Origin: Eledone cirrhosa
Taxonomy: Eukaryota
Assembly (NCBI GenBank): GCA_964016885.1
Contig: OZ024743.1
Location: 281,356,001-281,420,000 of the forward strand
Length of the DNA stretch: 64,000 bases
Direction: 5' to 3'
This document shows, one piece after another, positions 40,422 to 54,162 of this stretch (position 1 is the stretch's first letter; every line of letters starts with the position of its first letter). The position numbers were made by a program, and so were the translations under genes. A model generated the notes under the pieces. That model saw nothing but the letters and a program-made list of their open reading frames with translations. It made no database searches and had not been told where the DNA came from.

Positions 40422-41066
40422 CTATTTGAAGTTAAGGATAAAACAGGGAGTCTGAATGCTTAATTGTAAAATATTCAAGTAAAATAGGCTGTGAACTGAC
40501 ACAGTTGTTGGAACATCAGATTAAATACCTTGCAGTATTTGTTCAAGTTCTCTGCACTCCGAATTCAAATCTTGCTGAAATTAATTTTGCCTTTTATCCC
40601 AAAGGAAGAGAACAGAAATAATGAAACTTCAAGTGATGCAAACGACTTGACAATTTGCAATACAAACTTCAAGAAAGTGACCATCCACTTACAAATCAGG
40701 CAAACACAAGAAAATGGGATAGGCTGATGGATACAAAGTCAACACCCAAGAGGATTTAAACTCAGAATGTAGATAGATGGAATGAAATGCTGCAACTCTA
40801 GTTTCACTGACAACACACCGACCTTTGGGAGGATACTGTAAAAATAAAGTGTCTTATTAGAGTGTACAGCTAATTTCAAAATGCTGTGTCTACGACGTTT
40901 ACATCACGACCATGTGGTTCCATGTTCGGCGCCACTACACAGTACATTGAACAAACGTCTCCTACAATGGCTTTGTGGTGGCCAATACCATGGGAGTAAA
41001 ATTACACATGAGGAAAAAGTATATTTCAAAATAATAACAAAAATGGATAACAAAAACAAAGGATAC
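40422..41066 (-). other. GAR1: U12-type (minor spliceosome) GT-AG intron of GAR1
   Basis: 5' site GTATCCTTT; branch site TCCTTAAC (40431-40438) ending 9 nt before the exon; no polypyrimidine tract. Confidence 0.93.
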
Positions 41067-41215
41067 AGAATCTTTCATGGTCCCAAATATTTCATCAATT
41101 TTACCAATTTGTTGCTTGTTTTCTAAATAAATTGGTGCATTAAAATATGGAATTTTTTCATTGGTATTTTTGCAGACTAAATCCTCTTGGCAGGGATAAA
41201 GAAACGTTCCTATTT
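41067..41215 (-). CDS. GAR1: GAR1 coding exon 3, Gar1/Naf1 core domain
   Basis: (E)[49 protein letters not shown]; 149 nt, phase 1 to 0; absent from the ORF track. Confidence 0.97.
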
Positions 41216-42511
41216 CTGAAAGTCAACAAAAGAATAACATTTATATTGTTTATATAAACAGTGAACAAGGGGAGCAACTCTTGAAAGAAATAATTCAAGC
41301 TATATCTGTATAATTACCTGTTTTGGGTGTCACTTATATAATAATACTACACGGAGTTAAAAGCCTTCGATTGAAGTTTGATCGACCATATTATATTGTA
41401 GCGGCGAATTGGCAGAGTCGTTAGAACGTCGAATAGAATCATCATCATCATCGTTTAACGTCTATTTTCCACGCTAGCATGAGTTAAAACGGTTGTTCCG
41501 TCTGACGCAAGTCGGGTAAGGTGGTCGTGTCTTGCTCATACGGAACTGTTTCTAGCTTGGTTTCTACGGCTAGATACCTTTCCTAACGCCAACCACATTT
41601 ACTGTGTGTACTGGGTGCTTTTTGTCATGAAACCAACATGACCATTTTACAGTGTGGGTTGGATAAAAATATGAAACTCTTCACAAATTTGTGACATTTT
41701 GCAGTATTCGCTCCAATTCTGCTGAGTTCAAATCCCGCCGTGATCAACTTTGCCTTCCACCTATTTGAGGCCGATAAAAAAGTACCAGTCTAATACTGAG
41801 GTTGATTCATCCTCGATATCTTTCACACTTCTTTTTTCTCACTCACTATCATTCTCTGAAAGAAATTTGCTGTATTCAGACCTGGAGAGGAGATATGGTC
41901 CACCAGATTTTAAAATGCCCTAGAAACGCCATATGTGAATATGGCACCCCTACAACTCCCTCTGGAGTTACAGATCCATACATACATATTATATTGTGGT
42001 TAGTAACCCAGTTCACTCAGTAATTTGTTATTAGCGATCAAAGTGAGACAATATAGGGTAGAGAGGACTCTTTAGTCTGACCAAGCATATGACAACTCTA
42101 GTGCTGGTACCATAATAAAATGCTCCCAGTACACCCTGTAAAGTGGTAGTGCTGATGTCATGTTAAAATGCACTCAGTCCACAATAAATTAGTAGTATTT
42201 ATCCCCACTCTATTGTGTTTCGAGTTTAAATCCTGCTATGGCCTACATGGTGGAAAACAATCCACCGCCTGATTTTTTTAAACCATTAACACCTGGCAGT
42301 TGGGCACCTTTAACTAAAACTACACTGCTGTAAGCATTTGAGCCAGGTATTCAGTCATGGAATGCCTGGTAAGAGTCGTGGGCACTGTCCTTCTCTGCCT
42401 AACTAAACAGTAATAAGAAAAAAGTCATATAGTTTACAACTGACGTGTACATCGCCATCATCTAATATCAACTTTCCATGCCTGCATGGATTAGATGGGT
42501 TATCACATTAT

Positions 42512-42850
42512 GAAGGCACATGGCTTAGTGGTTAGAGCATTGGCCTTGCAATCAAAAGGTTGTGAGTTCAATTCTCGGACCGGGTGATGTGTTGTTTCCT
42601 TGAGCAAGACACTTTATTTCACATTGCTCCAGTTTACTCAGCTGTAGAAATGAGATGATAGGGACTGGGGTCCCTATCATTCCACTGCAAAGTGGTCGTG
42701 GAGGTGCCACGGCAAAAAAGTACCCAGCACTCACTGTAAAATGAGGTTGGTGTTAGGAAGGGCATCCAGCTGTAGAAATCAAGCCAGAATCAGTTCCCGT
42801 CCCACCCTTGCAAGCAGGGAAAAGTGGACGTAAAATGATGGTGGTGGTGT
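42512..42850 (+). mobile_element. Young tRNA-derived SINE, short-tail variant
   Basis: Nearly identical to the 29454 copy up to gaatcagtt, then a different tail (ccttgcaagcagggaaaagtggacg). Confidence 0.85.
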
Positions 42851-43528
42851 GAGTCAAGTCATGTCAGGTAACCTCACCTTGCTCATACAGATCTATATTT
42901 TGTCTTGGTTTCCCATGGCTAGAAGCCCTTCCTAATGCCAACCACATTACAGTGTGGATTGGGAGATTTTATCATGGCACCAAAACAACCATTGAACATG
43001 CTTTTTTTCTTTTGTCACCAGCACAATCACCTTGCTGGGATTGTAGACCACCTTAGTGTTATATGGTCATAACTAGAATGTCTTTAATCATAGTTCACTT
43101 GGATCCCAACTGTGCATGTATGTGTTGGACCTCCATTGGTTCCAAGTATTTCATTATTTTGATCAATGGAACAGCCTGCTCATGAAATTAATGTGCAAAT
43201 GACTGAACATTTCACAGATGTGTTTTAACATAATTCTCAGAGATTCATCATGATGCAGTATGTGACAAGTCTGGCCCTTTGAACTTCAGGTAAACTCATT
43301 TTTCCCAGCTGAACAGACTGAAACAAGATGAAATAAAGTGTCTTGCATCAGAACACAACACACCACTGAGAATCAAATGAACCATCATATAATTGTGAGC
43401 TAAACACTGTAAACACTAAACCATGCACCTCTACAGATCACAAATAATTTGAATAACATCAAACTCACCTTACTAATGCCCTTTCAAAGAGAATGTCTAT
43501 CACAATTCTCCTTTTCTTTCCTCTAGAG

Positions 43529-43721
43529 CATTATTTCCCAAACTAGGTTCCATGCAAAATTACATACACTTGTAGGTATAAATACTCCCTAAACAATGTT
43601 TCCTTTAATGTCTTATTAAAATTAATGTGGTTGGAACTGTCTGTATGTTATAGGTGTGAACTCTACAATTTTTGGAAAATAATATAAGAATTCAACAACA
43701 AAATAAGCTTGGGAACCACTG
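43529..43721. mobile_element. hAT (Charlie-like) MITE
   Basis: TSD ctctagag / ctctagat; TIRs CATTATTTCCCAAAC / GCTTGGGAACCACTG. Confidence 0.75.
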
Positions 43722-43837
43722 CTCTAGATACTGATCCAGAGAAAACAAAAGAAAAATACATTATAAAGATACTATGATATCATAGTAAATTATACTGAAA
43801 ATCAAATATGTTGTTAGGAGAGTAATAAGAAACTTAC

Positions 43838-43882
43838 CTGTTACTTCATCAGGAGGACCAAAGTTCTGGAATTTTCCTCCAC
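43838..43882 (-). CDS. GAR1: GAR1 coding exon 2
   Basis: (G)GGKFQNFGPPDEVT, matching the QGPPxxV motif; cag / gtaagt; 45 nt, phase 1 to 1. Confidence 0.92.
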
Positions 43883-44067
43883 CTGTGAGTAATAAATAAA
43901 AATTTTATATAAATTCAGGCATGCCTATGTGGTTAAGGAATTCACAGCATAGCCACACGATTTGGGGTTCAGTCCAAGTGTGGCACTTTGGATGTCTTCT
44001 ATTATAGCCTTGGGTTAACCAATGATATGTGAGTGAAATTTGGCAGACTGTGTGGTGGTCCATAAGT

Positions 44068-44110
<43 letters not shown>

Positions 44111-44503
44111 CAATCAATAAAAATCCCAATGGAATGGGCTCTCTATTGGGATTTTACTAATATCTATAGCAATTCTGCACCTAAACATGCATTGAGTACT
44201 ACTCAGATCTCCTTACTGCAAACACATCATATATATACATATATAGAGAGATATCAGGATTATACCAGTTTTAAACAAGTAAGCGCTTATTCAGCAGAGT
44301 ACTCGATACTTAGGATAGTAGAGGCAGGGCCCAACAACTGAGCTCTTGCCATCGGACTCTCACCCTCTACTATATATATACATGTATTTGTGTCGCTTCA
44401 AAAAAATATAACTGAAACAGGTTAGAGAGGGCTCATAACACCATTCAGACAACCTCTCTAGTGCTGATGGCACAAATAATGCACCACCCAATTCACGCTT
44501 TAA

Positions 44504-44722
44504 CCCTTTAGCATTTAAACCAACCATATCCGGCCAGAATTGTCTCCCCTCTTTCTCTTCAAACAGGCTGTAACCAGCCACTGATATTGAATGTTCAGGT
44601 GTTGTTCTCAAAATAAATAATATCAAAATCTCATAGATTTGATACTATATGATATTATGTATGATAAAGACTTTACCACGAAAATACAATAGTAAATATA
44701 GAGTAATGTAAATGCTAAAGGG
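44504..44722. mobile_element. piggyBac-type MITE nested in a SINE/RTE tail
   Basis: TTAA TSD and CCCTTTAGCATTTA TIRs. Confidence 0.88.
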
Positions 44723-46802
44723 TTAAAGTGGTTGGTGATAGGAAGGAGCATCCAGCCAAAAACCATGACTAGCACAATAACAGGCATGTGATGCATATGG
44801 ATGATGATTGTTGGGTGAAGAAGAACCAAGAAATCCCAGTGGAAGGAAGCTTTAATAGAGGGAGTCCTTGAAAGCTGATCTCAAAACGCTGAAGTTCACA
44901 GAGATGAAGGAGGGATGCTGGGCTGGAAAAGACCCATCCAATCCATGCAAGTATAGAAAAGCCAATATAAACAAGGATAATGATGATAATATATATATAT
45001 ACATCCATACAAAAAGAGATCGATAAAATAAGTACCACACTTGAAAAAATAAGTACTGTGGTTCATATGATCAACTAAATCCCTTCAAGGTGATGCTCCA
45101 GCATGGCCTGTCTAATGACTGAAGCAAGTAACAAAATAAAATGTAAATATATATATATAGACTATGTTCAAGAATTGATACATATTAAATGTATGATGAT
45201 CATGTTTCTCAATAAAAAAAAACCAATGGACCTTAGTTCAGAGCATCAATTATTTAAATTTAAACGATATATGGAAAAAGAAGCATAAAAAGTCTTTACA
45301 TATACACGCACATAATAGGCAGACATTTAGTTTGTTTATGCATATTTAACCACCAAGAATGCAAAATGACCCAAAAAGTAAACAGTGGTATGATTTTATG
45401 TCTATATGAATTAAAACAAACAAGACTGAACCTAAAATATACTGCATAAAGAAAATATGAACCACTTATCACAAGTTATCTTATGAAATGTCCAGATACT
45501 TAAGTGATTATTCACTTCATCACAGTTGAACTAAAGACAGTCACTCATTTAACCACACAATAGATGACAGGTGTTGAGGTCATAAGTGGTTAGTGTTATA
45601 TACACATAGGTGTAAACAAGCATCATTAGTATGGAGAAGGATATAGAAACCATGCCAAATTGGAACATATGAGCATGGAAAGGTCATCTGACCTGTCTAA
45701 TCTCAGAATATAACAACCTGTCCAACCCATGCCAGTATGGAAAATGGACATAAAACAATGATGATGATTTATATCTTCAAAATGGATGGCATCATATTCA
45801 AGAAGCAGGAATATTATCAAATGGATATGATATACCAGTAACAGATCCTTTCATTTGAGATCAGAGCCTCATCTATTGCCACTAGAAATCTAAAGCTCTC
45901 ATAATCCTCAATTTGAAATAAGTCTATGAAGTACTTTGCCTAAGGATAAAACATAAGATATCTATCTACTTACCATAGCTAAATAATCTCAAGTTTTTAA
46001 TGTATTTTAATATAAAACCCAAAATTTATTCATGTAAAACCATTCACACAACCTGTTAAGTGATTGCTGACAAATAGGTTTATATATTCAAACAATCCGT
46101 CAAACTATACTAATGTTTAAATAGGCTCAAAGGCACAAAGATAAAAGATTGTATGTTTGAAAGTACCACATCATTCAGCATGGTGTGGCATTACATTACT
46201 AACACATTCATCTAGTAGCTGTTGTTATGAATCAAATTTACAGCTCACACCTATGAAGTTTAGCCCCAGGTCATCTCTGATTGAGCAGACCTGTGATAAA
46301 AGATATTCCAGTCATGTATATTATCCAAGATCTGACTGCTATTTCTAGCAGATCTGGCAACTGCGTTGGAGCCTTATCATCATCATCATCGTTTAACGTC
46401 TATCTTCCACGCTAACATGGGTTTAAACGGGAATTGTCCCACTTGAAGCAAGATTGGTTGTCTCGCTCATATAGGACTGTCTGGCAGGTTTTCTATGGCT
46501 GGATGCCCTTCCTAACACCAACCACGTTTACAGTGTGGACTGGGAGGTTTTTACTATGTTACCTACACGGCCACATTACAGCATGGACTGTGTTTTTTTG
46601 TCGTGACACCTACACGACCTCATTTCCCTTTTAGTAATTTGGTTATGTATGAAAAAAAATGCATCAAATTTACAGCTTACACCTATGAAGTTACATCTCA
46701 AAAGAGAGTGTTTCTTGTGTTTTAATGACAGGGCCCCCAGTCCCATCATAATTTTATGTAGGAACCTTTATTGCATTATGTTCCTAGAGTCTTTCATTAG
46801 AA

Positions 46803-48200
46803 ATCATCATCAATTTTACATCTGCTGTTCCACGCTTGCATCGGTTAGACGGGTCTTTCACAACACAGCATCTTTCCACACATGCTCCATCATCTCCTCT
46901 GTGAGCATCAGCGATTTGTGATCAGATCACACCACCTCCACCCAGGTCTTGCTCTACTGCAGCTTCCTTCCTCTTGGATTTCTTGGCACTATGGACTGTG
47001 CATCACATATCCATGCCATTGCACTCTCTTTTCTTGCACACTACATCTGATTCCTCTTATACACAGTTTCACTAACAGTTCATTCCTGCATTGTTGTTCT
47101 TGCACATTAACATTGCACATCCATGCTTGCTTCATTTCTCCTCACCTCTGTGTTCACCACCTGTCTCATAACCATGCAGCATCGCATTTTGCACACAGGC
47201 ATCATACAGCTAAACTTTTTACATTTGTAAGAAGAAACCTTTTATCAACAGAGGTAGTAGCCCCCTAAATTTATTCCATCATGTCCTTATTCTAGCTACT
47301 ATGTTTCTTAGAGGTAAAATGGAAGAAATACTGCTATCCTATGGTATACCAAATGAAACAATTCTAGCTACTATGCTCTTGGAGCATCCTCCTCCACTGT
47401 TAATTAGATCACCTAGGTAGCAGAAACTATCAACCACTTCTATGGATCCTTCCTCAGATTGGAAAAGGTGCATTAGCACTTTCGATATCAATTGACCCTG
47501 ACATCTACCACATACAAAGTCTTCCTTTCTTGTTAGTCTGTCTGTTATCCCATTACACCTTGTGTATCCAAGATTTGCATTGTGTACATCGTATATAGTT
47601 TATGCCTACTCCTTTTCTACATATCGAGCCACTTCACTGATTGGATCAGGGCCCTACCTTTTTTCCTACTTATTAGAACTTAGGTTTTTGCAAAATTTAT
47701 GCTCAACTCTTTTGATCATAAGTTCTGTTTGCAAAACTGGAATTTACTCTCTAGTTCTTCCAGATTCAGCAATGAGGACCAGATCATCAGCATACAGAAG
47801 TTCCCAATGACAACCAGTCTTAAACTCCTCTGTTATTGGTTGGAGGACTATCATAAAGAGATGTGGGCTAAGAACTGAATCCTGATGCACTCCCACTTGT
47901 ATTTTGATATCCTCACGAAACTCACTTCCTATTCCTACTTTACTGACAGCTCCTCTGTTCATGGTCTGCACTGCTTTCCCAAGCCACTTTTCTACACTTA
48001 GTTTCTTTAAGGACCACCTGATGATAGATCATGGTACTCTGTCAAAGGCTTTCTCTAGATCAACAAAAACAGGATATAGAGGCTTAGTCTTAATTAAGAA
48101 CTTCTCTTGTAGTTGTCTTACTAAAAAGAAGGCATCTGTGGTGCTCCTCCCTGAAAAAAGACTGAGCAGCATCTCAACTAATTTGACTCCCTGATTAGTT
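46803..48200 (-). mobile_element. Old decayed RTE LINE
   Basis: QVGVHQDSVLSPHLF, ELLYADDLVLIAES. Confidence 0.85.
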
Positions 48201-49199
48201 GTGCTAGAACTGTTACTTTTCCAAGTAACAGTTATTTTACTTAACGGTGGTGGTGATGGAGAGTTGTGTTCTCTGGATTTGCATTAAAGGTGAAATTTAT
48301 GACCCTTGGAGTTTTGGGTGTGTTCAAACATGTGTGACCAGGTCTATTGGTGGTGGTGTTGTTACAGCGCATCACCATGTAGGTTTAGCTGGCCTGATTC
48401 CATCGAATCAGAAGTTTCTCAGGGTCACAGCACTATGATGAAAAGACTCCCACCTGGACCAGAAGCCAGTCAGTTGTCAAGACATAATGTGCCACCTGGT
48501 CCAGGAACTGAACCCGCATCCTTAGACAACACCCTACCCACTTGGCTATGCACCTGACCAGGACTACATAACTTTATACTAGGATTACAATACCATAAAC
48601 TCTCTCTCATACACACACTAATTAATGTTTGAAGGAAACTAAAAGAAAGAAATTTACAACCTATCAACGCTTGTATATCCGACAAAAAAAAAAGAAGGAA
48701 ATAACAGTAAATGTCAAAAGGGAAAAGAAGAGGAAGAAATAGTCTCTACACCACAGCTGGATCCAGTCTGGGCAGTATATCTCAGCTGCACTCCACAGAT
48801 AAAATGGCCATAGCATTGCCACAGTGAGCAGCCAGTGATACCCATTGCATCAGAACAGGAAAAGGTTTATCTAGTCTAGGCACTTGCCATCATCACACTA
48901 TAGAAAACAGCAAGCTCTAATTGTGATGGGAAACCGGCCGCGTCCAAGGGAGGCAACTTCTGACTGCATGAAAAGAAATAACATTAATTTGACTATAGCG
49001 TAGAATAGCCGTTCAAACGAACGTAAATTCGTTGTGTGAATATATTTACATGTTATAAACTTTTTTATGTTATGTATATTTGTCTGTTCTTTATCCAGCA
49101 AATTCTTTGTCTATGTTTCAATTTTTTTTTTTTTTTAATGTTTGTAACAATCAATTAATCAATAATCTATTTAATATAAGTCTTGGCTTGTCGTCCTCT

Positions 49200-50200
49200 G
49201 CTAACTCTTCCTTGCGTAGGCTCCCACAATTTCATTTATAGCTCTGCAGCAACGCCCTGAAAATCTGACTCTACACTCTTTGATGATGTCTGATACTGGA
49301 CGAAAGTTCCCATAGTCACTCATTGGTCGATTTCTCCAAGTCTTAGCACCAGTGTAGACTCCATCTATTCTTCTTTCCAGTTTTGAGGTAAGGATCCATG
49401 CTGAGCAGCCATACAACTGAACAGGGGAAACAATTGCTTGAAAGAGGCTCCTTTTCGTGTTGTCTGGAATTCTAGATTTCCACACTAGAGATAGCTTGTC
49501 AATGGCACCCCAAGCCATACTAATGTATGTATTTACATCACTTTCACAGCAGACTTTACTACCCAGATAAGTTACTTCTTCTAAGTTGAGAGGTGTGCTG
49601 GATACTGTTTTGATTGTTCCATTTTGATTTAAGCTTGTGTATTCCGGTTTGTCTGAATTAACATGGAGACTGATACCAAGTATTGAGGAAAAATCAAAAT
49701 GGCTTTCGAAGAGGATGATCAACTACTGGTTAAATCTTAACCATTCGCAGAAATCTTGAAGGTGTGAAAGCTAAATTTCTCCAAAGCATTTGATCCAATT
49801 CTTAGAGGTAAAATGGAAGAAATACTGCTATCCTATGGTATACAAAATGAAACAATAAAAGTTATTATTATGCTCTACAAAAACACATATTCAATGGTAT
49901 GATCTCTAGATGGCGATACAGCTTTCTTTGAAATTGTTGCAGGAGTGCTACAAGGTGGCACGTTAGCACCCTATATCTTCATTTGCTTGGATTACATTCT
50001 CAGAATTTCTGTCAATACCATTAAAGACAATGGATTCCATGAAGGAGTAATAGATATCCTGCCACAAAAATCACAGATGCAAATTACGCTGATGATTTAG
50101 TGCTACTTTCTGATCTAATAAACCACAGAAACACTTATCCATAGTCTTAAACATTCAACCAAAGGTATTGGTCTTCATATTAACTCAGACAAAACAGAAT
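49200..50200. mobile_element. Decayed RTE-like LINE of a different family in two inverted pieces
   Basis: Plus 49775-50200: FSKAFD, GVLQGGTLAP, YADDL, GLHINSDKTE; minus 49700-49200: SLHVNSDK, YLGS, LYGCSAW. Confidence 0.8.
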
Positions 50201-51075
50201 GTTTGTAACAGTTTTGCAAAATATAACAAATTTACAATTACTACGATAAGTGTTGCCATTTGATTAGATAATTCATTGGTGTGTGGACTAGTGGTTAGGA
50301 TACTAGACTCAATGATCATAAGTTCGATTCCTGAACTAGGTAGTATGTTGTGTTCTTCAGCAAAATACTTTGTTTCCAGTTGCTTTTCATGATTATAGAT
50401 GCCCTTCCTAACACAAACAAGTACAGGGTGGACTGGGTGCTTTTTATTATAACACCTACACAACCACTTTCCAGTGTGGACTGGGTGCTTTTTGTTGTGA
50501 CACCTACATGACATCTTTATAGTGTAGACCGGGCACTTTTTGTCATGACACCAATATATTCAAATGTTTATAGCATCTTTACTTGTGGACAGATGTGAAA
50601 ATTTGTAGTATTAGAGTAACAACTTCCATATCTAATATGACGCAATCAATGATACTAAAAAAATGTTTGCATATATCTGGTTGTTTAGCAAATAATACTT
50701 TAAAAAACAGGTACTCTCAAAATTTAAAGAAAAATATCAATAATAAATTAAATGCAATTAGTAACAAACATTACCATGCACACAGCACAAACATTTTCAT
50801 CAGCTATTAACTCATTAATTAAATTATCAATATTTATATATCTTGCTATTGCATTTTGATGCAGAGCAGGATGTTAAGAGTTAAATATTTGAACATCTAT
50901 TACTTCAAAATACATTATATGATGGCTGTGAGGATAAAGTATATATATATATATATATCCTACCCATGGTAGCATGGAAGATGGGTATTAACTGATGGTG
51001 ATGAAACTGCCAATGTATTTGTTTTGAGTTCATAGCTACTGCAGACATCTCACTGTAGCAATGATAGGTAATTAA

Positions 51076-51277
51076 CCCTTTAGCATTTACATTACTCTAT
51101 ATATACTATTATAATTTTGTGCTAAACACATTATCTCAAATAATATCGAATCTATGAAATTTTGATATTTATCGAGAACAATACTTCAACATCAGTATGA
51201 GCGGCCAGTTCTGGCTGGTTTGAAGAGAAAGAGGTGAGAGAATTCTGGCCGGATATGCTAGTTTAAATACTAAAGAG
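51076..51277. mobile_element. piggyBac-type MITE
   Basis: TTAA TSD, same internal sequence as 39058. Confidence 0.82.
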
Positions 51278-51480
51278 TTAATCCTATATGCTTCAGTTCA
51301 AGTAATAGTGATATACAGATACTAAAGAGACAGAATTAGTAGAGTCATCAGAATGTTAGATAAAATGCTTTGCAGTATTTGTTACAGCTCTCTGTACACC
51401 AAGATCAACTTTGCCTTTCAACCTTTAGAGGTCAATAAATTATAGATTCTTTTATATTTCTTTCTCACTTCCTCTCTCTC

Positions 51481-51790
51481 ATCATCATTTCATTTTACGT
51501 CCACTTTTCCCTGCTTGCAAGGGTGGGACAGGAACTGAATCTGGCTTGATTTCTACAGCTGGATGCCCTTCCTAACACCAACCTCATTTACAGTGAGTGC
51601 TGGGTGCTTTTTTGCTGTGGCACCTCCACGACCACTTTGCAGTGGAATGATAGGACTCCAGTCCTATCATCTCATTTCTACAGCTGAGTAAACTGGAGCA
51701 ATGTGAAATAAAGTGTCTTGCTCAAGGAAACAACACATCACCCGGTCTGAGAATTGAACTCACAACCTTTCGATTGCAAGGCCAATGCTC
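51481..51790 (-). mobile_element. Young tRNA-derived SINE, short-tail variant, slightly 5'-truncated
   Basis: Reverse complement nearly identical to 42535-42840. Confidence 0.85.
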
Positions 51791-53249
51791 TCTCCTTCTC
51801 TCTAAAAGAAATCAGCTGTGTTCAGACCTGGAGATGGATGAGCTGTTCCAGATTAAAGATGTCCAAGACATTATGACTCCGTCAAGAATTATGGGTCCAT
51901 TCATACATGGACACTAAATCATCCAGTAATGTTAACACCATCATCATCATAATTTAACATCCACATCTCCATGCTAGCAAATAATATTCTATATAGAAGG
52001 TGACTGATCATTCAGTCACTTAATACTTCAGAATCTAGAACTGTCATGTGCGTGTGTTGGAGTCAGTAAACAAAAATGACTAGAATACTAAATATAGTTG
52101 AATTACTGGAGTAGCTTTAGGGTGCCATGAAATTGTCCAAGGTTAGAATATTTTTCATCATCATCCTCATCAGTTTTATGGCTGTGTTCCATGCAGGCAT
52201 GGGTTGGAAAGAATGTCAACATCTGAGACTAAACAGCTCATACGTTGTGGTTTCTATGGCAGGATGCCCTTTCTAATGCCAGCTACTTAGCATGTATTAG
52301 GTGCATTTTAACATGGTACTAACACTACAACTTTACAGAGAGTACTAAGTGCATTTTATTGTGGCACAGGCACTCCCAGAATAGTTGCCTTTTTATCTGA
52401 TATTGCACATTTAGCACTGAATATCTTGTTTGGCCATTCATGCTTAACCTAACATATGAGCCTGAATAGATTCTATTTAACAGCCATCTTCTTTTATGGG
52501 TAGAGCTATTCAGCTCACCAGTTCTGAACTTGCTTTGCCTCTATTGTTTTACATGTTAAAAGTGGCAGTTTCAAATACTCCCAAATACTGTATTACCATC
52601 TCTTCAGTCATTTCTCTTCTTTTCTCAGATCGTGAAAATTCTCTGGGTGGCAAATGAGAAGGCCAAACTATTACAGTGGCACTTCTGGATAATCGCAATA
52701 TGGAGTCCTAACCTATCACTCACTATATTATTTATTTTTCTTGTCTCTCGGTGTTGCCCTCATCTCAAAGCAGCATAGTTTATTTTCATTGTCTTTTTTA
52801 ACCTTTTCATTACATCAGGATTTTCAAATTGTTTTTGGAAATAATCCAGAATTTTTAGAGATTTAGTAATATAGCTCTCACGTTATTAAGCTGGTACTTG
52901 AAACATAACTTATCAAAGTTTCTTACCTAACATTAAGATGGAATGTTTTGGATAAATATAAACACTTTAAAATAAACAGCTTTATATGGTATTACTAGGG
53001 CCAGTTTCAGGCATTTTGATATCAAAAGGGTTAAGATTTCAAGCTTTACTGTAGTATGTAGCACTAAGAATGATGAGTCACATTTTGGAGCTGAACTTCT
53101 AGTTTGAGGATAACTCTCTCTTTTGCTCACTATGTTTAGAGACATGGATAAAATACAGGGTAATAGACACAGCCCTTCTCTCCCTAAGTAGCTTAAAGAA
53201 AAAAGAAAGAATTGCAGCAATGGTGTGTTTAAAAAACAAAATTGGGAAA

Positions 53250-53870
53250 TAAATGTACAGGGATAATTGATAGTAAGAGAGTCAAAGATATAAAACTTTT
53301 TCAATCGCAGGAAGTGGTTGATAGCTTCTGCTACCTAAGTGATATACTTAGCAGTGGAGGAGGGTGCTCCAAAACCATAGTAGCTAGAATAAGGGCAGGA
53401 TGGAAGAAGTTTAAGGAGATACTCATGCTGCTGACAACAAAAGGTTCCTCCCTACGAATGAAAGGCCAGCTGTGTGATACCTGTGTGCAAAGTGCAGTGC
53501 TGCATGGTTGTGAAACTTAGCTAGTGAATACAGAGGTTATGCAAAGGCTGGAGAGAAATGCAGCAAGCATGCTTATCACAATAATGTAGGTGAACAACAA
53601 AACAATGGATGAACCAAGAGGAATCAGAAGTAATATGCAAGAGAGAAAACTGGTATGGACATGTGATGTTTATGGATGATGACCACTGGGTGAAAAAGTG
53701 CAAGGAAATCCCAGCAGAAAGAAGCTGCAGTAGAGGAAGATTTGGGTAGGGGTGGTGAGTGCTGATTTCACATTGCTGGAGCTCACAGAGGAGAAAACAA
53801 AGGAACATGATGAACAGAGAAATGCTGTGCTGAAATGGACCCATCCAAACATGGAAGAGCAGATGTAAAA
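53250..53870 (+). mobile_element. Old RTE 3' fragment
   Basis: VDSFCYLSD..GGGCS..VARIRAGWKKFKE..VLHGCET. Confidence 0.8.
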
Positions 53871-53961
53871 AAATGGTTATAGTCTGACATGTTTGATTCT
53901 TTTTCTGGCATAGTAAAAAGTGAAAAATTACTACTGATAATAAAATTGAAACAGAATTTAC

Positions 53962-54052
53962 CTCCACGTCCACCTCGTCCAAAACTCCCTCGGCCACCAT
54001 AATTTCCACGTCCACCACGAAAGTCACCGCCGCCTCTGTTTCCAAATCCCAT
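53962..54052 (-). CDS. GAR1: GAR1 first coding exon, N-terminal GAR domain (exon extends to acceptor at about 54072)
   Basis: AAC-ATG-G context; MGFGNRGGGDFRGGRGNYGGRGSFGRGGRG(G); donor gtaaat; upstream acceptor ttgtttatttgcag. Confidence 0.92.
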
Positions 54053-54162
54053 GTTACTAACAGTTTTGTCCTCTGCAAATAAACAATGAAATAATGTTAT
54101 ATATCAGAACATAAACATACACACACATATCTGTATATATTACGACTGCACCGATTAATCAG

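Noticed and set aside
48782-48897. Intronic C/D box snoRNA candidate (minus GTGATGA...CTGA...CTGA)
   Set aside because: No convincing terminal stem, C' box or recognisable rRNA guide; a snoscan or Infernal search would be needed
24804-54052. Fibrillarin or nucleolin as the identity of the RGG exons
   Set aside because: Intervening exons encode the Gar1 core ([21 protein letters not shown]); no methyltransferase or RRM exons found
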